Assembly: GCA_963806535.1 (NCBI GenBank)
Contig: CAWDYC010000004.1
Span: forward strand, 160,001-224,000
Direction: 5' to 3'
Origin: Candidatus Bathyarchaeota archaeon
Lineage (GTDB): Archaea > Thermoproteota > Bathyarchaeia > Bathyarchaeales > Bathycorpusculaceae
DNA: 64,000 nt
Below are positions 32,577-45,024 of the stretch, piece by piece; the first letter of the stretch is position 1, and each line of letters starts with the position of its first letter. Under the pieces are notes generated by a model. That model did no database searches. It saw only the letters and a list, made by a program, of their open reading frames with translations, and had not been told where the DNA came from. Position numbers and translations under genes: made by a program.

Positions 32577-33563
32577 TTAAAGTAGTCTGCTTGTTACTCG
32601 GTGGGACATGTTTCTGTAAAAAGCTAACTCCTTGCAGTTAGTAATGGCAAGAGTTTCTCTACTGCAACAAACGCGATTGTAGCGTAGGCGATTCCACCTA
32701 GAACATCCACGAAATAGTGTTCGCCGAGGTAGACTGCGCTAAACCATGTTCCAACCGGAATAATTGCTACTGGGAGAGACTTCCACTTCCATACTTTAAA
32801 GGCAAAGAGAAAAACCAGCCAAGGCATAGCTGAATGCATGCTGGGAAAGGCTGCGAAGATATTTGGGCTTAGAAAATCAAACAAGGTTTTGTAAACAGGA
32901 AGTCCTAAGATTGACATCTACTGATCCAGTCAAGACTCTGATTACTTGTGGTCCTGAATATGCAGGGTTAAAGACGGAGCTATACTTGAACCATGGGGGC
33001 GCAACAGGGTAAAAGAGAAAGGTCAGCAATGCAGCGTAGGTTAATACTCCGAAAGCAATGATGTATTTCCAGTAGTTTTTGGGGCTTTTCTTCCAAAGAA
33101 CAAAAGCAAAGATTGTCGGAACAAAGAAATATATTCCATAGAAGACTGCTCCAATGTAATCTAAAGCTGGAAACCTAAAATTTTGCTGAAGAATCAAGGT
33201 TGGAATCTGCCCAAACAATTGTATATCAAAATTGCGTGGTCCAGCATGAAGAATATCCATGTCGATGCTGCCAACGACGCTATACATAATTTCATAGGAA
33301 ATGAAGACTGTGACGAATGGAAGCCAATCCTTTAGGGCACGCCATGTTCGTTGATTATAAGACGCGTAAAACAGGATGCCTATAACAAGAAATTCGGGTC
33401 CTGGAATAATTTTGTATTCTATACAGAAAATAGTTATAGCAACTGCGTAGATTCCTGAAAAGAGAAGAGAGAAGAACCGTGAAGAATGATAGTCAAAGCT
33501 CAAATCATGCTTTAGTTTTTCAATTTTGAGCGTTCGGATGCTCTTCTTTTTTCTTCACCATTA
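32577..33563 (-). CDS. Inositol phosphorylceramide synthase-like PAP2 protein, frameshifted
   Basis: PVAPPW, AAFPSMH, HYFVD. Confidence 0.8.
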
Positions 33564-33771
33564 CTTTTTATCCTAACCGCTTTCAATTAGGTTATATAAT
33601 CCTTTTTAAATGCCTTTTCCCAATTCACCTCTGAATCATTGAAGCAATAAGGAGAATTATGTGAAAACACTTATTTCAACGCAAATCTAGAAAACTATGT
33701 TTTCAAAAAAGAAGTTTAGAAACCACAAGAAACTTTAAAGACCTTACAAAACCTATAACGCCTGTGGAACA

Positions 33772-34092
33772 ATGGAAAAAGTTTGGGATGAACTAAAAAA
33801 AATCGAAGCCCAAGCAGAGCAAATCCAGAATGATGCTCAAGATAGGGCAAAAAAAATGATTCTTCTCGCAAAGCAGGATGCTGAAAAACTAATCGAAAAC
33901 AGCAAAACTTACGCTGAAGCTGAGTCACAGAAACTTTACGCGAAAGCTATTGAGGAAGCAAATCAGGAACGCGATGAACATTTAAAAGCTAATGAAGAAG
34001 CCGCTGGGAACCTGAAATCAAAAGCTGAAAAACGCATGGATAAAGCGGTTTTAGTAGTTGTGAATGCCGTACTTGAGGACACTAAACCTTGA
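33772..34092 (+). CDS. atpH: A/V-type ATP synthase subunit H (G)
   Basis: Coiled-coil ~106 aa heading the operon. Confidence 0.75.
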   Translation: MEKVWDELKKIEAQAEQIQNDAQDRAKKMILLAKQDAEKLIENSKTYAEAESQKLYAKAIEEANQERDEHLKANEEAAGNLKSKAEKRMDKAVLVVVNAVLEDTKP

Positions 34093-35142
34093 CTCAGACA
34101 ACACAGTATGCTTCTGTTCTAGCTAAAATTGGTGCAGAAAGAAGCAAACTCATCAGTGAAGCCAAACTTAAAGCACTCGCAGAAAACAAAAACCTTACTG
34201 AATTTGCAGCTCAACTTCGAGATACAAGCTACCAAGAACAAATCTCCAAATTGTCCATTGCCGCTTACAAGCCGAAAGCTTGAAAGAGCATTTAACGAAA
34301 ACCTCATCGACACTTACATAAAAATAATAAAGTATTCCCCTAAAAAAGCAAGAAAATATCTAAGTCTGTATCTTCTAAGATTCGAAATTGAGAACATAAA
34401 AGCGCTTATGAAAGCAACCAGCGCCAAATTGACTCCTGAACAAAAATTGGCGAAAATTTATTTTTCTGTGGAAGATTACTTTAAAAGACGCACGCTTATG
34501 GAGGAAGCTGTTAAAGCTTCTACTCCAGCTCAAATAATTCATGCTTTAAAGGGCACAGAGTATTTTTTACCCTTGAGCATGGGGCTGAAAAACTATGAAG
34601 AAAACGCTTCAACAGCATCTTTTGATGTATTTATAGATAAGTTTTTTTACGAAAAACTTTACGATGGCTACAAGAGTCTTAGCAAAAAAGAGCAGCCTTA
34701 CGCAAATTTTTATGCAAGCATAGAAAACGACGGCTTCGCATTGGTAACGTTGCTGAGGGGAAAAGCATTAAACTACGAACCCAACTGGCTACGGCTGGTG
34801 ATTCCTCAAAACTACTTCAACCTCAATAAATCAACAATGGAGGCTTTAGTAACCGCAATTGATTTTGAAGCAGCACTTAAAATCGTTCTCGACAGTTACT
34901 ACGCAAAATTCTTTGTTAAAGCACAAACTCCAGAGGAAACAATAGCAACCGCTGAAAAAGCCTTCAAGAAAGCAGTGATTCAACATGCTAAATCAAGCGC
35001 AATCAGTGAAACTTTTAACATTGGTTCACCGCTTGCTTTCCTGACACAGAAAGAAGCAGAAGTTTATAACCTAACTGTTTTGAGTTTGGGTGTAGATTCA
35101 GCGATGAAGCCTGAAGAAATTCGGAACCAACTTCTAATATAG
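34089..35142 (+). CDS. atpC: A/V-type ATP synthase subunit C, one indel
   Basis: RFEIENIK, KEAEVYNL; operon context. Confidence 0.85.
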
Positions 35143-35147
35143 AAGTT

Positions 35148-37198
35148 TTATTGTTTTTGTTCTATGAGCTCTTTGGTTTTTCTTTTCTCGTAAGGACAAG
35201 ATCAGTGTGGATGAATTTCTGTTTGAAAGGGCTGAACTCTGATCCTGTGCCTTGGTAGAACTTGCTAAACCACTCGTAGAAATGCAGTCTTAAGGTGTGG
35301 ATAAAGACAATTAATCCTTCGAGTGCCAACACGAAAATGTTTCCGAATACTATGACAACGCCGCTAAGGCAAAAGTTAAAACTGAAGTGGATCCAACTGG
35401 ATTAACTAGGTCTGCAACAGTGTAAGTTACTAGAAGCAATGCCCAATGAGCCATAAGCAATGCAAGGATACGGCTGTAAGATATTGTGTTACTGAGTAAG
35501 CGAGTTACTAAGTCTCCTCCTTCAAAGAGTCTCCCTGATAAGGTGTCTTGTTCTGCATGTTCACCGCCACGGTGTATCGCCGGTTTTGCAACCTTCAAAT
35601 ACATTGGTTTTCCCACCACTAGAACAATAAACGATAGTAAAGGCCAAAGGATGGGTCCGCTGAGCCATGCGCCAAAATTCAATTGGTAAGCGGCAATTAG
35701 GTAAACTCCGCCAATGTAGAAGGCAATTTTCGGGACAGATGTTAAGAGGGCGTCGGCATACTGGTGTTTTAAAGCAAAGTTACTCATTTCGAGAACTATG
35801 CCGCTAATTATCTGTATTATACCCACAAACAGGCTGAACAATAGGAAAGTGAACACATTTACAGTGGGGTTTTCGAGTGGGTTAATCCACAGTGGACCCC
35901 AAGGTAATGGTTGTCCAAAAGCTTCTCCGAATACTAAACCCGCAACGCATGCAGCAGCACCGCAGGCTGCCATGATGTAACAGACATTTTTCATGGCTCT
36001 GATTTCCCTTGATTAGTAACCCAATGATTAATCCACCAAACAAAAGGATTAATCCGTGTCCAAGGTCGCCGAACATTAACCCGAAAATAATCGGGAAAGT
36101 TATTGCCATTAGAGGCGTTGGGTCTACTTCATCGTAATGTGGTAAACCGTAAAGTTTAGTGAGTTCTTCAAAAGGTCTGACAAACCTGTTATTGCTAACC
36201 TTTGTAGGCGGATCTGCAGTTTCAGCCACTTCATTTTTCAAAACTAAAACTTTTCCTTCGAGCATTTCAGTAACTTTTTCGTTGAGTTCTTGGAATTTTT
36301 TCTGTGGCACAAATCCTTTAACAGTTGCAAGCCGACCTGACTGGAATATTTTTCTTTCAGCCTGCAGAAGAGCAAGAATGTTTTCTGAAGTTTCCTTCAA
36401 CGAAGCAAGATTATCCTTGTTTTCTTCACCTAGTTTATTTAGTGAATCACAAAGTGCTTTTTCTTTGTCTGTGTTTTCTTTTAGTTGCTTGTTAACTTCT
36501 TTTAGTGCTTCAGTTACATCATGTGGCAACTCTTTTGGAATGTGAAAGATTTCGGCATGATATGTTCTTAGGATTTTCTCGATTTCTGCTTGATGTTTAG
36601 CTGGGAGGGCTAAACACAACAAAGGTTACTTCTTTTGTTATAGAGCAACGATTAATAAAAATTGGGAATCCTGAGAGGGCTGTTTCTAAACCGGAGAAGT
36701 TTTTTGTCGGTACACTTGCTACTGCAACATAAATTAGTTTCAAATCTTCCATAGCAGCAAGGTCTACTTCCATGATACTGAGCCTTTCCAACATGTCTTT
36801 TGATGTGGTTGAGTTGTTCAGTTTTTTCTTGCATAGCAAGAAAGAGCTTCATTGAGACTGTCCGTTTCTTTTTTCAGAGTTGAAATTTTTTGGCTAGTGT
36901 CTTCCAATAGAGCCTGCCAATTCTCCGCTGTAACCTGAGTTTTTGTCGGTTGAGGCAATTTGAAAATGCTAAGGAGGCTTGATTTTTCTTTAATAAGCTG
37001 ATTAATCAATACGTTTACGTCTGCAAGAGACCCTTCGACCTTCTGAATGCTCTGGTTGTAATCAGTTAAACCTGCGTTGTCTTGAGCCGTTTGTTCAATA
37101 TGGAATTCTCCAAAGTTACTTAATGCTTCCAAAATCGGCTCTACGTCTTTTTTAACGCAGATTATTGATGTAGAGGTCATTCTTTCTGGTCGCAACAT
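35148..37198 (-). CDS. atpI: A/V-type ATP synthase subunit I (a), on the opposite strand, frameshifted
   Basis: PPT, YGLPxYDEVDPT, [38 protein letters not shown]. Confidence 0.92.
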
Positions 37199-37207
37199 TT
37201 TTAACAG

Positions 37208-37232
37208 AATGTTTGATTTACCACCAAACATT
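37208..37232. promoter_or_regulatory. Inverted repeat AATGTTTG-N9-CAAACATT in the atpI/atpF divergent gap
   Basis: 8-bp perfect arms next to TTTAAA/TTATAT boxes. Confidence 0.4.
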
Positions 37233-37254
37233 TAAAGTTATATTTGGCGATGGC

Positions 37255-37563
37255 ATGATTGGCTTCGTAATTGGGGACAGTGACATGATTACTGGCTTTA
37301 GACTTGTTGGTGTTGAAGGTATCGAAGCCTCCACTAGCGATGAGGCACAACAAGCCCTACACAAAGCGCTTGCACGAAGCGATATTGGCGTCATAATTAT
37401 TAGCGAAGCATTCTCAACTGACCCTTCTATGCGGGAAGAAGTTGACAAATTACGTCAGGAACGAGTAACCCCATTAATCGTGGAGATTCCAGGAAGTAAG
37501 GGTCCTACAAATAAAACCCAACTATCTGATATTGTCAGTAAAATATTAGGCATCAAAATGTAA
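37255..37563 (+). CDS. atpF: A/V-type ATP synthase subunit F
   Basis: VIGDxDxITGFRLVGV, PLIVEIP. Confidence 0.9.
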   Translation: MIGFVIGDSDMITGFRLVGVEGIEASTSDEAQQALHKALARSDIGVIIISEAFSTDPSMREEVDKLRQERVTPLIVEIPGSKGPTNKTQLSDIVSKILGIKM

Positions 37564-37575
37564 TGGTGAATTAAT

Positions 37576-38196
37576 ATGAGCGTTAAAAATGGTATTTCAG
37601 CGATTGCAAAAGATGTTGTAGGCGATGTGCAAAAAGAAGCAGAAGCCATAATTTTAGCTGCGGAAAATGAAGCGAAAGCAACTTTGAAGGCAGCAAAAGA
37701 GCAAGCAGACCAAAACTTCAAAGCAATAATCACCCAAGCCAAATCAAAAGCAGAAGCTGAAAAACGGAAAATTGCTTCCGTAACTGAGGTGGAAATGAGA
37801 AATCGTTTGCTTCAGACAAAAGAAGATTTAGTTGATGCTGCTTTCGAGAAAGCTTTGGTTGAACTTAGGAATTTTGTAGAAACTGACGATTACCATGATT
37901 ATCTCCTAAAGATTATACAAAACGCTGCTGAAAGAATCGGCCAAAAAAATCTTGTCATACAGGTAAACGCTAAAGATAAAGAATGGTTAACGCAAGATGT
38001 GCTGAAACGTTTATCTAAGAAGTTGCATTGTGAATTGAGACTATCCGAAAAAACTGGTGATTATCTTGGGGGATGCATAATCCAAACCGAAGACGGAAAA
38101 ATAATCTTTGATGTCACGTTGGATAATCGGTTGCAAGAACTTAAACCAGTTTTACGTGTTGAACTAGCAAAAATCTTGTTTGGAGAGGCGGTATAA
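37576..38196 (+). CDS. atpE: A/V-type ATP synthase subunit E
   Basis: Coiled-coil N-terminus; GGCII...DVTLDNRL. Confidence 0.88.
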   Translation: MSVKNGISAIAKDVVGDVQKEAEAIILAAENEAKATLKAAKEQADQNFKAIITQAKSKAEAEKRKIASVTEVEMRNRLLQTKEDLVDAAFEKALVELRNFVETDDYHDYLLKIIQNAAERIGQKNLVIQVNAKDKEWLTQDVLKRLSKKLHCELRLSEKTGDYLGGCIIQTEDGKIIFDVTLDNRLQELKPVLRVELAKILFGEAV

Positions 38197-38199
38197 AAA

Positions 38200-39971
38200 A
38201 TGCTCGTTAAAGGAAGCGTAATCAGAGTTGCAGGACCAGTCGTCGAAGCTACAGGCATGGCGCAAGCAGTCATGCATGAAATGGTCGAAGTTGGTAACGA
38301 CCGTTTAATCGGCGAAATTATCCGTTTAGAGGGCGAACAAGCAACCATTCAAGTCTACCAAAACACCATCTGGACTCAAACTCAACGAACCCGTCTTGGG
38401 CACAGGAAGTCCCCTTTCAGTGGAATTAGCTCCAGGAATCGTTGGCAACGTTTTTGACGGCATCCAAAGACCCCTTGAAGAATTAAAAAACCTCACAGGC
38501 GCATTCATCAAGCAAGCAGCCGGAATGACATCCCTTTCAAGAACTAAAAAATGGACTTTTGTTCCAACAGCAAAAGTTGGAGCTAAACTTGTAGGCGGCG
38601 ATATACTTGGCACAGTTCAAGAAACCGCCCTTTTTGAGCACCGCATACTAGTCCCAGTTAACGTTCAAGGTAAACTGGTTAAGATTGCACCAAAAGGCGA
38701 CTACACAATTACTGAAACAATCGCCACCCTCGAATCAAACGGAGCCAAAGTTGACTTACCGATGCTTCAGAAATGGCCAGTCAGAGAACCACGCCCCCAC
38801 AATCGACGTTTGTTTGCTACTTCTCCCTTAATCACTGGACAACGTGTTATCGACACTTTCTTCCCCGTTGCCAAAGGTGGAAGTGCATCTATCCCTGGTC
38901 CCTTCGGCTCAGGAAAAACTGTAACTCAGCAGCAACTGGCTAAGTGGTCAGATGCCAACATTATCATTTATGTGGGCTGCGGAGAACGCGGTAACGAAAT
39001 GGTCGATGTTCTAGATAGCTTCCCCAAATTAATCGATCCAACATCTGGGTACCCACTCATGGAGCGAACAGTTCTTGTCGCTAACACAAGCAATATGCCG
39101 GTCTCGGCTCGAGAAGCCAGTATTTACACTGGCATTACCCTTGCAGAATACTTCCGCGATATGGGCTATGCAGTCGCATTGATGGCTGACTCCACAAGCA
39201 GATGGGCTGAAGCCCTCCGAGAAGTATCCGGGCGACTCGAAGAAATGCCTGCTGAAGAAGGCTTCCCAAGTTATCTTCCATCACGTCTCGCAGAATTCTA
39301 CGAACGAACAGGTGTCGTCGAAACTTTAGGTTCAGACAAACGCGTCGGTTCCATTTGTGCCATCGGCGCAGTTTCCCCTCCAGGTGGCGACTTTTCAGAA
39401 CCAGTTACCCAACACACAAAACGTTTCACGCGAGTTTTCTGGGCACTAGATGCTGAACTTGCAGCTGCAAGACACTATCCATCAATCAACTGGATGGCAA
39501 GCTACAGCGGCTACATCCAAGACCTCGCGGAGTGGTGGCATGAACAAGTCGATAAAAACTGGAACAGCTACCGAGAAGAAGCCATGCGCATACTACAGGC
39601 TGAAGATGACCTTAAAAACATCGTAAAACTCGTTGGACCCGAAGCTTTACCTGACAAACAACGCTTAATCTTGGAAACCGCCAGAATCATCCGGATCGCT
39701 TTCCTGCAGCAGAACGCTTTGGACGCCATTGACACTTACAGTTCTCCGCATGAAACAATTCAAGATGTTGAAAATAATCGTGGACTACCACCGATTAGCA
39801 GACAACGTGGTAAGTAAGGGTGCACCCATCTTTAAAGTTACAGAATTGCCAATCACTGAGGAAATTATGCGTATGAAAACTTCGATACCCAATGATAAAT
39901 GTGAGTTGTTAGACGATTTGGAAAAGCGAATGTACGAAAGTTTCGGAATGTTGGAGTCAACATTGAGGTAA
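38200..39971 (+). CDS. atpA: A/V-type ATP synthase subunit A, two indels
   Basis: [26 protein letters not shown]. Confidence 0.95.
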
Positions 39972-39976
39972 TTTAT

Positions 39977-41373
39977 ATGGCAACAAAAACAGGATTCAAG
40001 ATTGGAATACAAAGGTGTTGCTTCAATTTCTGGTCCAATCATCGTCGTAGAAAACGTGCAAGGCGTGGGTTTCGATGAATTGGTCGCAGTTAAAACTCAA
40101 CGTGGCGAAACGACGGTTGGGTAAAGTTATCCAAATTACTCAGAAAGCCGTTACCGTGCAAGTTTTCGAAGGCACAACAGGCTTGTCTCCCTCAGAAACA
40201 CGCACACGTTTTCTTGGGCACTCATTAGAAGTCCCGGTATCCACAGAAATGCTTGGACGCGTCATGAACAGTTTCGGCGAACCTATAGATGGTCACCCAC
40301 GCTTCTTCACCGAAGAAAAACGCGATGTCAATGGTTTCCCACTAAATCCAGTAGCCCGAGAATACCCTAAGGAATTCATTCAAACAGGCATTTCCGCCAT
40401 CGATGGATTAACTAGTCTTGTCCGTGGACAGAAACTTCCCGTTTTCAGTGGACCAGGTCTTGCACATAATGAACTAGCTGCCCAAATTGTGAGGCAAGCT
40501 CAAATTCGAAGTGGAGGGGAAGAGTTCTCCATAGTCTTCATTGCTATGGGCTTAGAACATGATGATGCTGCCTTCTTCCGCAAAAGCTTCGAGGAAACAG
40601 GAGCCATAAAAAACGTTGCGATGTTCCTCAACTTGGCTGACGACCCGCCGGTTGAACGCATTATTACTCCAAGAGCTGGCTTGACTTTAGCCGAGTATCT
40701 AGCATATGAACAAGATACACATGTGTTGGTCATCTTAACCGACATGACTAATTATTGTGAGGCTCTTCGAGAAGTTAGTGCTTCAATGGAAGAAGTGCCA
40801 AGCAGGAAAGGTTACCCCGGTTACATGTACAGTGACTTAGCAAGCATATACGAGCGGGCAGGCAGAATCCATGGCAAAAAAGGCTCTATTACACAAATGC
40901 CAATTTTAACCATGCCAAACGACGACATTACCCACCCAATCCCCGACCTTACCGGTTACATTACAGAAGGACAAATCGTTTTGTCTCGCTCTTTAGAGAA
41001 ACAAGGCATCTATCCGCCAATCTACGTATCTACAAGTCTGTCTCGACTGATGAAAGACGGAATTGGCAAAGACAGCACTCGAGAAGACCACGCTAACGTT
41101 TCAAGCCAGCTTTATTCAGCTTACGCCCAATACAACTCGGTGAAATCGTTAGTAACCATCATTGGCGAGGAAGGCTTAGGTCAAAGAGACAAAGAATACT
41201 TGCGCTTCGGCGAAGCCTTCGAGAAAACCCTTATCCAACAAGGCAAAAATGAGAATCGCACAATCGAACAGACCCTTTCAATCGCTTGGGATGTGCTTTC
41301 ATTGCTGCCCGATGAAGAATTAACTAGCATAAAGCCCGAATACATCAAGTAAGTACTATCCAAAATTTGCTAG
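39977..41373 (+). CDS. atpB: A/V-type ATP synthase subunit B, indels
   Basis: [36 protein letters not shown]. Confidence 0.95.
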
Positions 41374-41391
41374 TGAGGTCAAGTAACAAAA

Positions 41392-42021
41392 TTGTCCTCT
41401 GAAAACGTTAGTCCCACAAGAATAAACCTGATTCAAACAAAAAAGACGTTAAGCCTCGCAGAGTCTGGACGTGAGGTCCTTGAACGTAAACGTGACATAT
41501 TGCTTCGTGAATTAAGAAACAGTATCTATGAAGCCGAAAGAGCCCGCGAGGAATTGTTGGCGGCTCTTAGTAAAGCTTACCAGAGTTTAAGAGACGCAAA
41601 CATGGCTAAAGGTTCAGAGACAGTTGTTAGCGTTGCTTTGGGCTCAAGCACTAAAGCCAATTACCTCATAGATTTCAAAAGCATCATGGGTGTAACCGTG
41701 CCATCTGTAGAATTTCAAGGTGAACTTGACGTGAAACCAGACTATGGCTTCGCCAACACCAGCGTAGAACTAGACAAAGCTTTCAAGCAATTCCGCAGCA
41801 TTCTAAATTTAATTGCTGATTTAGCTGGAGCTGAAGGAGCAGCATTTCAGATTGCCAATGACGTACGCAGAACCCAGCGTCGAGTCAATGCCTTAAACTA
41901 CGTCCTTATCCCCAGGTACCGCAACACTGCCAAATGGATTGAATTAGTTCTGGAAGAAAAAGACCGAGAAGAATTTGTTAGAACAAAAATAATCAAACGT
42001 GTAATTAAGGAGCGAAAATAA
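41392..42021 (+). CDS. atpD: A/V-type ATP synthase subunit D
   Basis: PTRINL, TQRRVNAL, EEKDREEF. Confidence 0.92.
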   Translation: MSSENVSPTRINLIQTKKTLSLAESGREVLERKRDILLRELRNSIYEAERAREELLAALSKAYQSLRDANMAKGSETVVSVALGSSTKANYLIDFKSIMGVTVPSVEFQGELDVKPDYGFANTSVELDKAFKQFRSILNLIADLAGAEGAAFQIANDVRRTQRRVNALNYVLIPRYRNTAKWIELVLEEKDREEFVRTKIIKRVIKERK

Positions 42022-42022
42022 A

Positions 42023-42466
42023 ATGAAGTTCAGTTCGCAAACCATAAAAAAAATCTTAGTTCCAACCGATGGATCAGACTATAGCATTCATGCCGCAGAA
42101 TACGCCATAAGCATCGCCAAAACCCACGATGCACAAATCATGGTCGTCTATGTGCTAGACGAAGTTGTTATCGACCGATTTGCAAAAGTAACAGAACGCG
42201 AAGATATCGAAATGGAACTTAAAACTGATGGTCAACGATACGTCAATTATATTCTGGGTTTAGCCGAGAAAGAAGGTGTTAAAGCGACTTCTTTGATTGC
42301 AAAGGGAAGACCTTTTGAACAGATTGTGCATCTGTCTAACGGCTTAGAAATGGATTTGATTGTGCTGGGAACTTATGGACGAAGAGGCGCCGAAAGAATC
42401 CTTATCGGTAGTGTAGCCGAACGAGTGATTGAATACGCTCGTTGCCCTGTCCTAGTTGTAAAATAG
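42023..42466 (+). CDS. Universal stress protein
   Basis: ILVPTDGS, DLIVLG, GSVAERV...CPVLVV. Confidence 0.9.
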   Translation: MKFSSQTIKKILVPTDGSDYSIHAAEYAISIAKTHDAQIMVVYVLDEVVIDRFAKVTEREDIEMELKTDGQRYVNYILGLAEKEGVKATSLIAKGRPFEQIVHLSNGLEMDLIVLGTYGRRGAERILIGSVAERVIEYARCPVLVVK

Positions 42467-42720
42467 TGTCGGAGCAACTAATCTTTGACCAATAAGGACA
42501 AGTTAGATGAAGACTTCAACAAGTTTAACCTAGATATTGAACGGGCAACAGCGAAAGAAATGAATAGACTCCGCGAAGAAATCAATACACTCAAAGGAAA
42601 AAGCCTACAAAATAGGTGAAGAGCTATCGAGCCCTTCCTACAATGAAGAGAAAAGAAGTTAATTAAGAAAAAAGTTAATAGCTAAGCTTGTTGTGTGCAA
42701 TGTTAATGGAGTAATGTTGC

Positions 42721-43061
<341 letters not shown>

Positions 43062-43314
43062 ACGTCATTCTTTGAGACAAGATTGGTTCTTTCGAAAGGA
43101 CCTTTTACCCTTTTTTAGTTTCTGTTAAAACCCATGGATAAAAGATTGTGCGCTTTGTAAAACTGAAACTATAATAGTTCTCGCTTTCAATATTTTTCAG
43201 GTTTTTCTGATTCGATATGTTGAAGCTCTCTTGTAATATTTTTTTCTCAACATTTTCTTTCATATCAATAAGCGTTAAATAATACTTCGAAATAAGACAG
43301 CGGAAGGCGACATT

Positions 43315-43623
43315 ATGGATAAATGGGCTGATTGCTTAGTTTCTGCAGTTAAAACTAATCCCGACCAATTACATATTGATTTTGTAGAATGCCATTCGGA
43401 TTTTGGCTGTGTAGTCTGCGAGAATCTCATTCTTTCCAGAGCTGAACTTATTGCAAATATAAAGAAGGGGTCAACCTGCACTACAGTTTTTAAGACTCCC
43501 ATGGGTAAATGGCGCAAAGGCCAAGATGTGCATCTGGTAATTGTAGATGATAAAGAGTTCCTCAGAACTGACTTAAAAAACACTGTGGCTTCCGACAACT
43601 TTGATGATGTTCCAGAGTTTTAA
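43315..43623 (+). CDS. DUF3892-like protein
   Basis: WADCLVSAV...FLRTD...DN. Confidence 0.6.
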   Translation: MDKWADCLVSAVKTNPDQLHIDFVECHSDFGCVVCENLILSRAELIANIKKGSTCTTVFKTPMGKWRKGQDVHLVIVDDKEFLRTDLKNTVASDNFDDVPEF

Positions 43624-43694
43624 AGTGATTTAAAGAGCTGTGATTCAAGAATAGATTGAATACTCGCCCGTACAAAAATACTCTATTAATTTTT

Positions 43695-43919
43695 TCACAT
43701 TACTGAACCAACGAAGCTAAGAATTATTAGAAGCATGCCAATAATCATAAAAAGTATGCCGATGGTCTGATCACGTTTTGCATGTTGGTAAGACTGTTGA
43801 TTTGTTCTAATCTTTCCCTTCGACCTATTTTCCAAATAAGTATGAATTTGGCATGACAAACATAACGGTAAACCAATAATCACAAGAATTACACCCATCA
43901 AAAAAAGAATAATTTCCAT
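43695..43919 (-). CDS. Small two-TM protein
   Basis: Two hydrophobic segments. Confidence 0.5.
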   Translation of the reverse strand: MEIILFLMGVILVIIGLPLCLSCQIHTYLENRSKGKIRTNQQSYQHAKRDQTIGILFMIIGMLLIILSFVGSVM

Positions 43920-44156
43920 ATTTAGTTATGAGAGACCCCCACTAAAAAAGTTGCCGAAACAATGATGGAAAACAACTTTCAAGTATTTGAATAATTTGCA
44001 GTTGTTTTCCAATAGGCACTTCAGCAAGCTCTGAATCAAAAAACAATAATATTTAGATAGCAAATGGCTTGTTAGCACTTGTTACACACGCTAGGCAACC
44101 ACATATGCTTAAAAGGGTACCTACGAGATAAATTATTTGAGGTCTTTTTGTTGCCC

Positions 44157-45023
44157 ATGAATAGACGTGAATTCATTAAGATTGGCGCGGCAGCCGCTAT
44201 TGGTGTCGGAGTTGCAAGCGCAATTGAAATTCCAATTTTAGAGAATTCAATTAATAATGATAACAATAAGGTTAAACAACTGCAAAGCCAGATAACTCAA
44301 GGTCAGGGAGTCTTTTTAACTTTAAACGCTGTTGAACAGAAAAAAGTTGAAGCATTGGCTGAAGCAATAATTCCAACGGATAGCAATGGTCCCGGTGCAA
44401 AAGAAGCAGGAGTAATCTATTTTATCGATCATATGTTAGCGGGAAATTATGGTAAGGGCGGTAATATGTTTCTGCAGGGTCCATTCGTAATTCCTCAATC
44501 TGGATCGGTTACAGTTATGGGTGCGATTTATCCAACTGAAACAAAAAGTGCCATTACTTATTCAGGCGGCACGCTAAAGCCTGGACTGCAGGCAGGTACG
44601 GCGTACCAATATGCATTTAATCCACGAGAATTCTGGCGTCGAGGACTAGTTTTTCTTGAGAATTACTGTAAGGCCGCAAAAGGTGGAACTTTTGAAACTC
44701 TTTCTTCTGCTATTCAAATAACGGTGCTTCAAGAGTTATTCGATAATAGCTCAAGTAATACTGCGTTGCAATCGGCTTTTCAGGGTCCAAATGCAGCAGA
44801 ATTCTTTAATGATGTACATGACCTAGTCACTGCAGGCTTCTGGGCTGATCCAATTTACGGTGGAAACCAAGGTATGGTGGGTTGGAAACTGGTAGGTTTT
44901 AATGCTAATTATTGGGGAGATGACATAGGTTTGGGTGCAAGAAAGTTGATGGTTGCAAGCACACCTACCCCATTACCGCCCAAGAGTTTGGGTGAACTTC
45001 AAAAAGAAGGCGGAGGACTATAA
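44157..45023 (+). CDS. Gluconate 2-dehydrogenase subunit 3 family protein with Tat signal
   Basis: MNRREFIK; IIPTD..PGA.EAGV..FID; ADPIYGGN.GM.GW. Confidence 0.85.
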   Translation: MNRREFIKIGAAAAIGVGVASAIEIPILENSINNDNNKVKQLQSQITQGQGVFLTLNAVEQKKVEALAEAIIPTDSNGPGAKEAGVIYFIDHMLAGNYGKGGNMFLQGPFVIPQSGSVTVMGAIYPTETKSAITYSGGTLKPGLQAGTAYQYAFNPREFWRRGLVFLENYCKAAKGGTFETLSSAIQITVLQELFDNSSSNTALQSAFQGPNAAEFFNDVHDLVTAGFWADPIYGGNQGMVGWKLVGFNANYWGDDIGLGARKLMVASTPTPLPPKSLGELQKEGGGL

Positions 45024-45024
45024 A

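Noticed and set aside
35143-37255. atpI as a recombinase-driven invertible segment
   Set aside because: No matching inverted repeats seen at the two junctions and no invertase nearby
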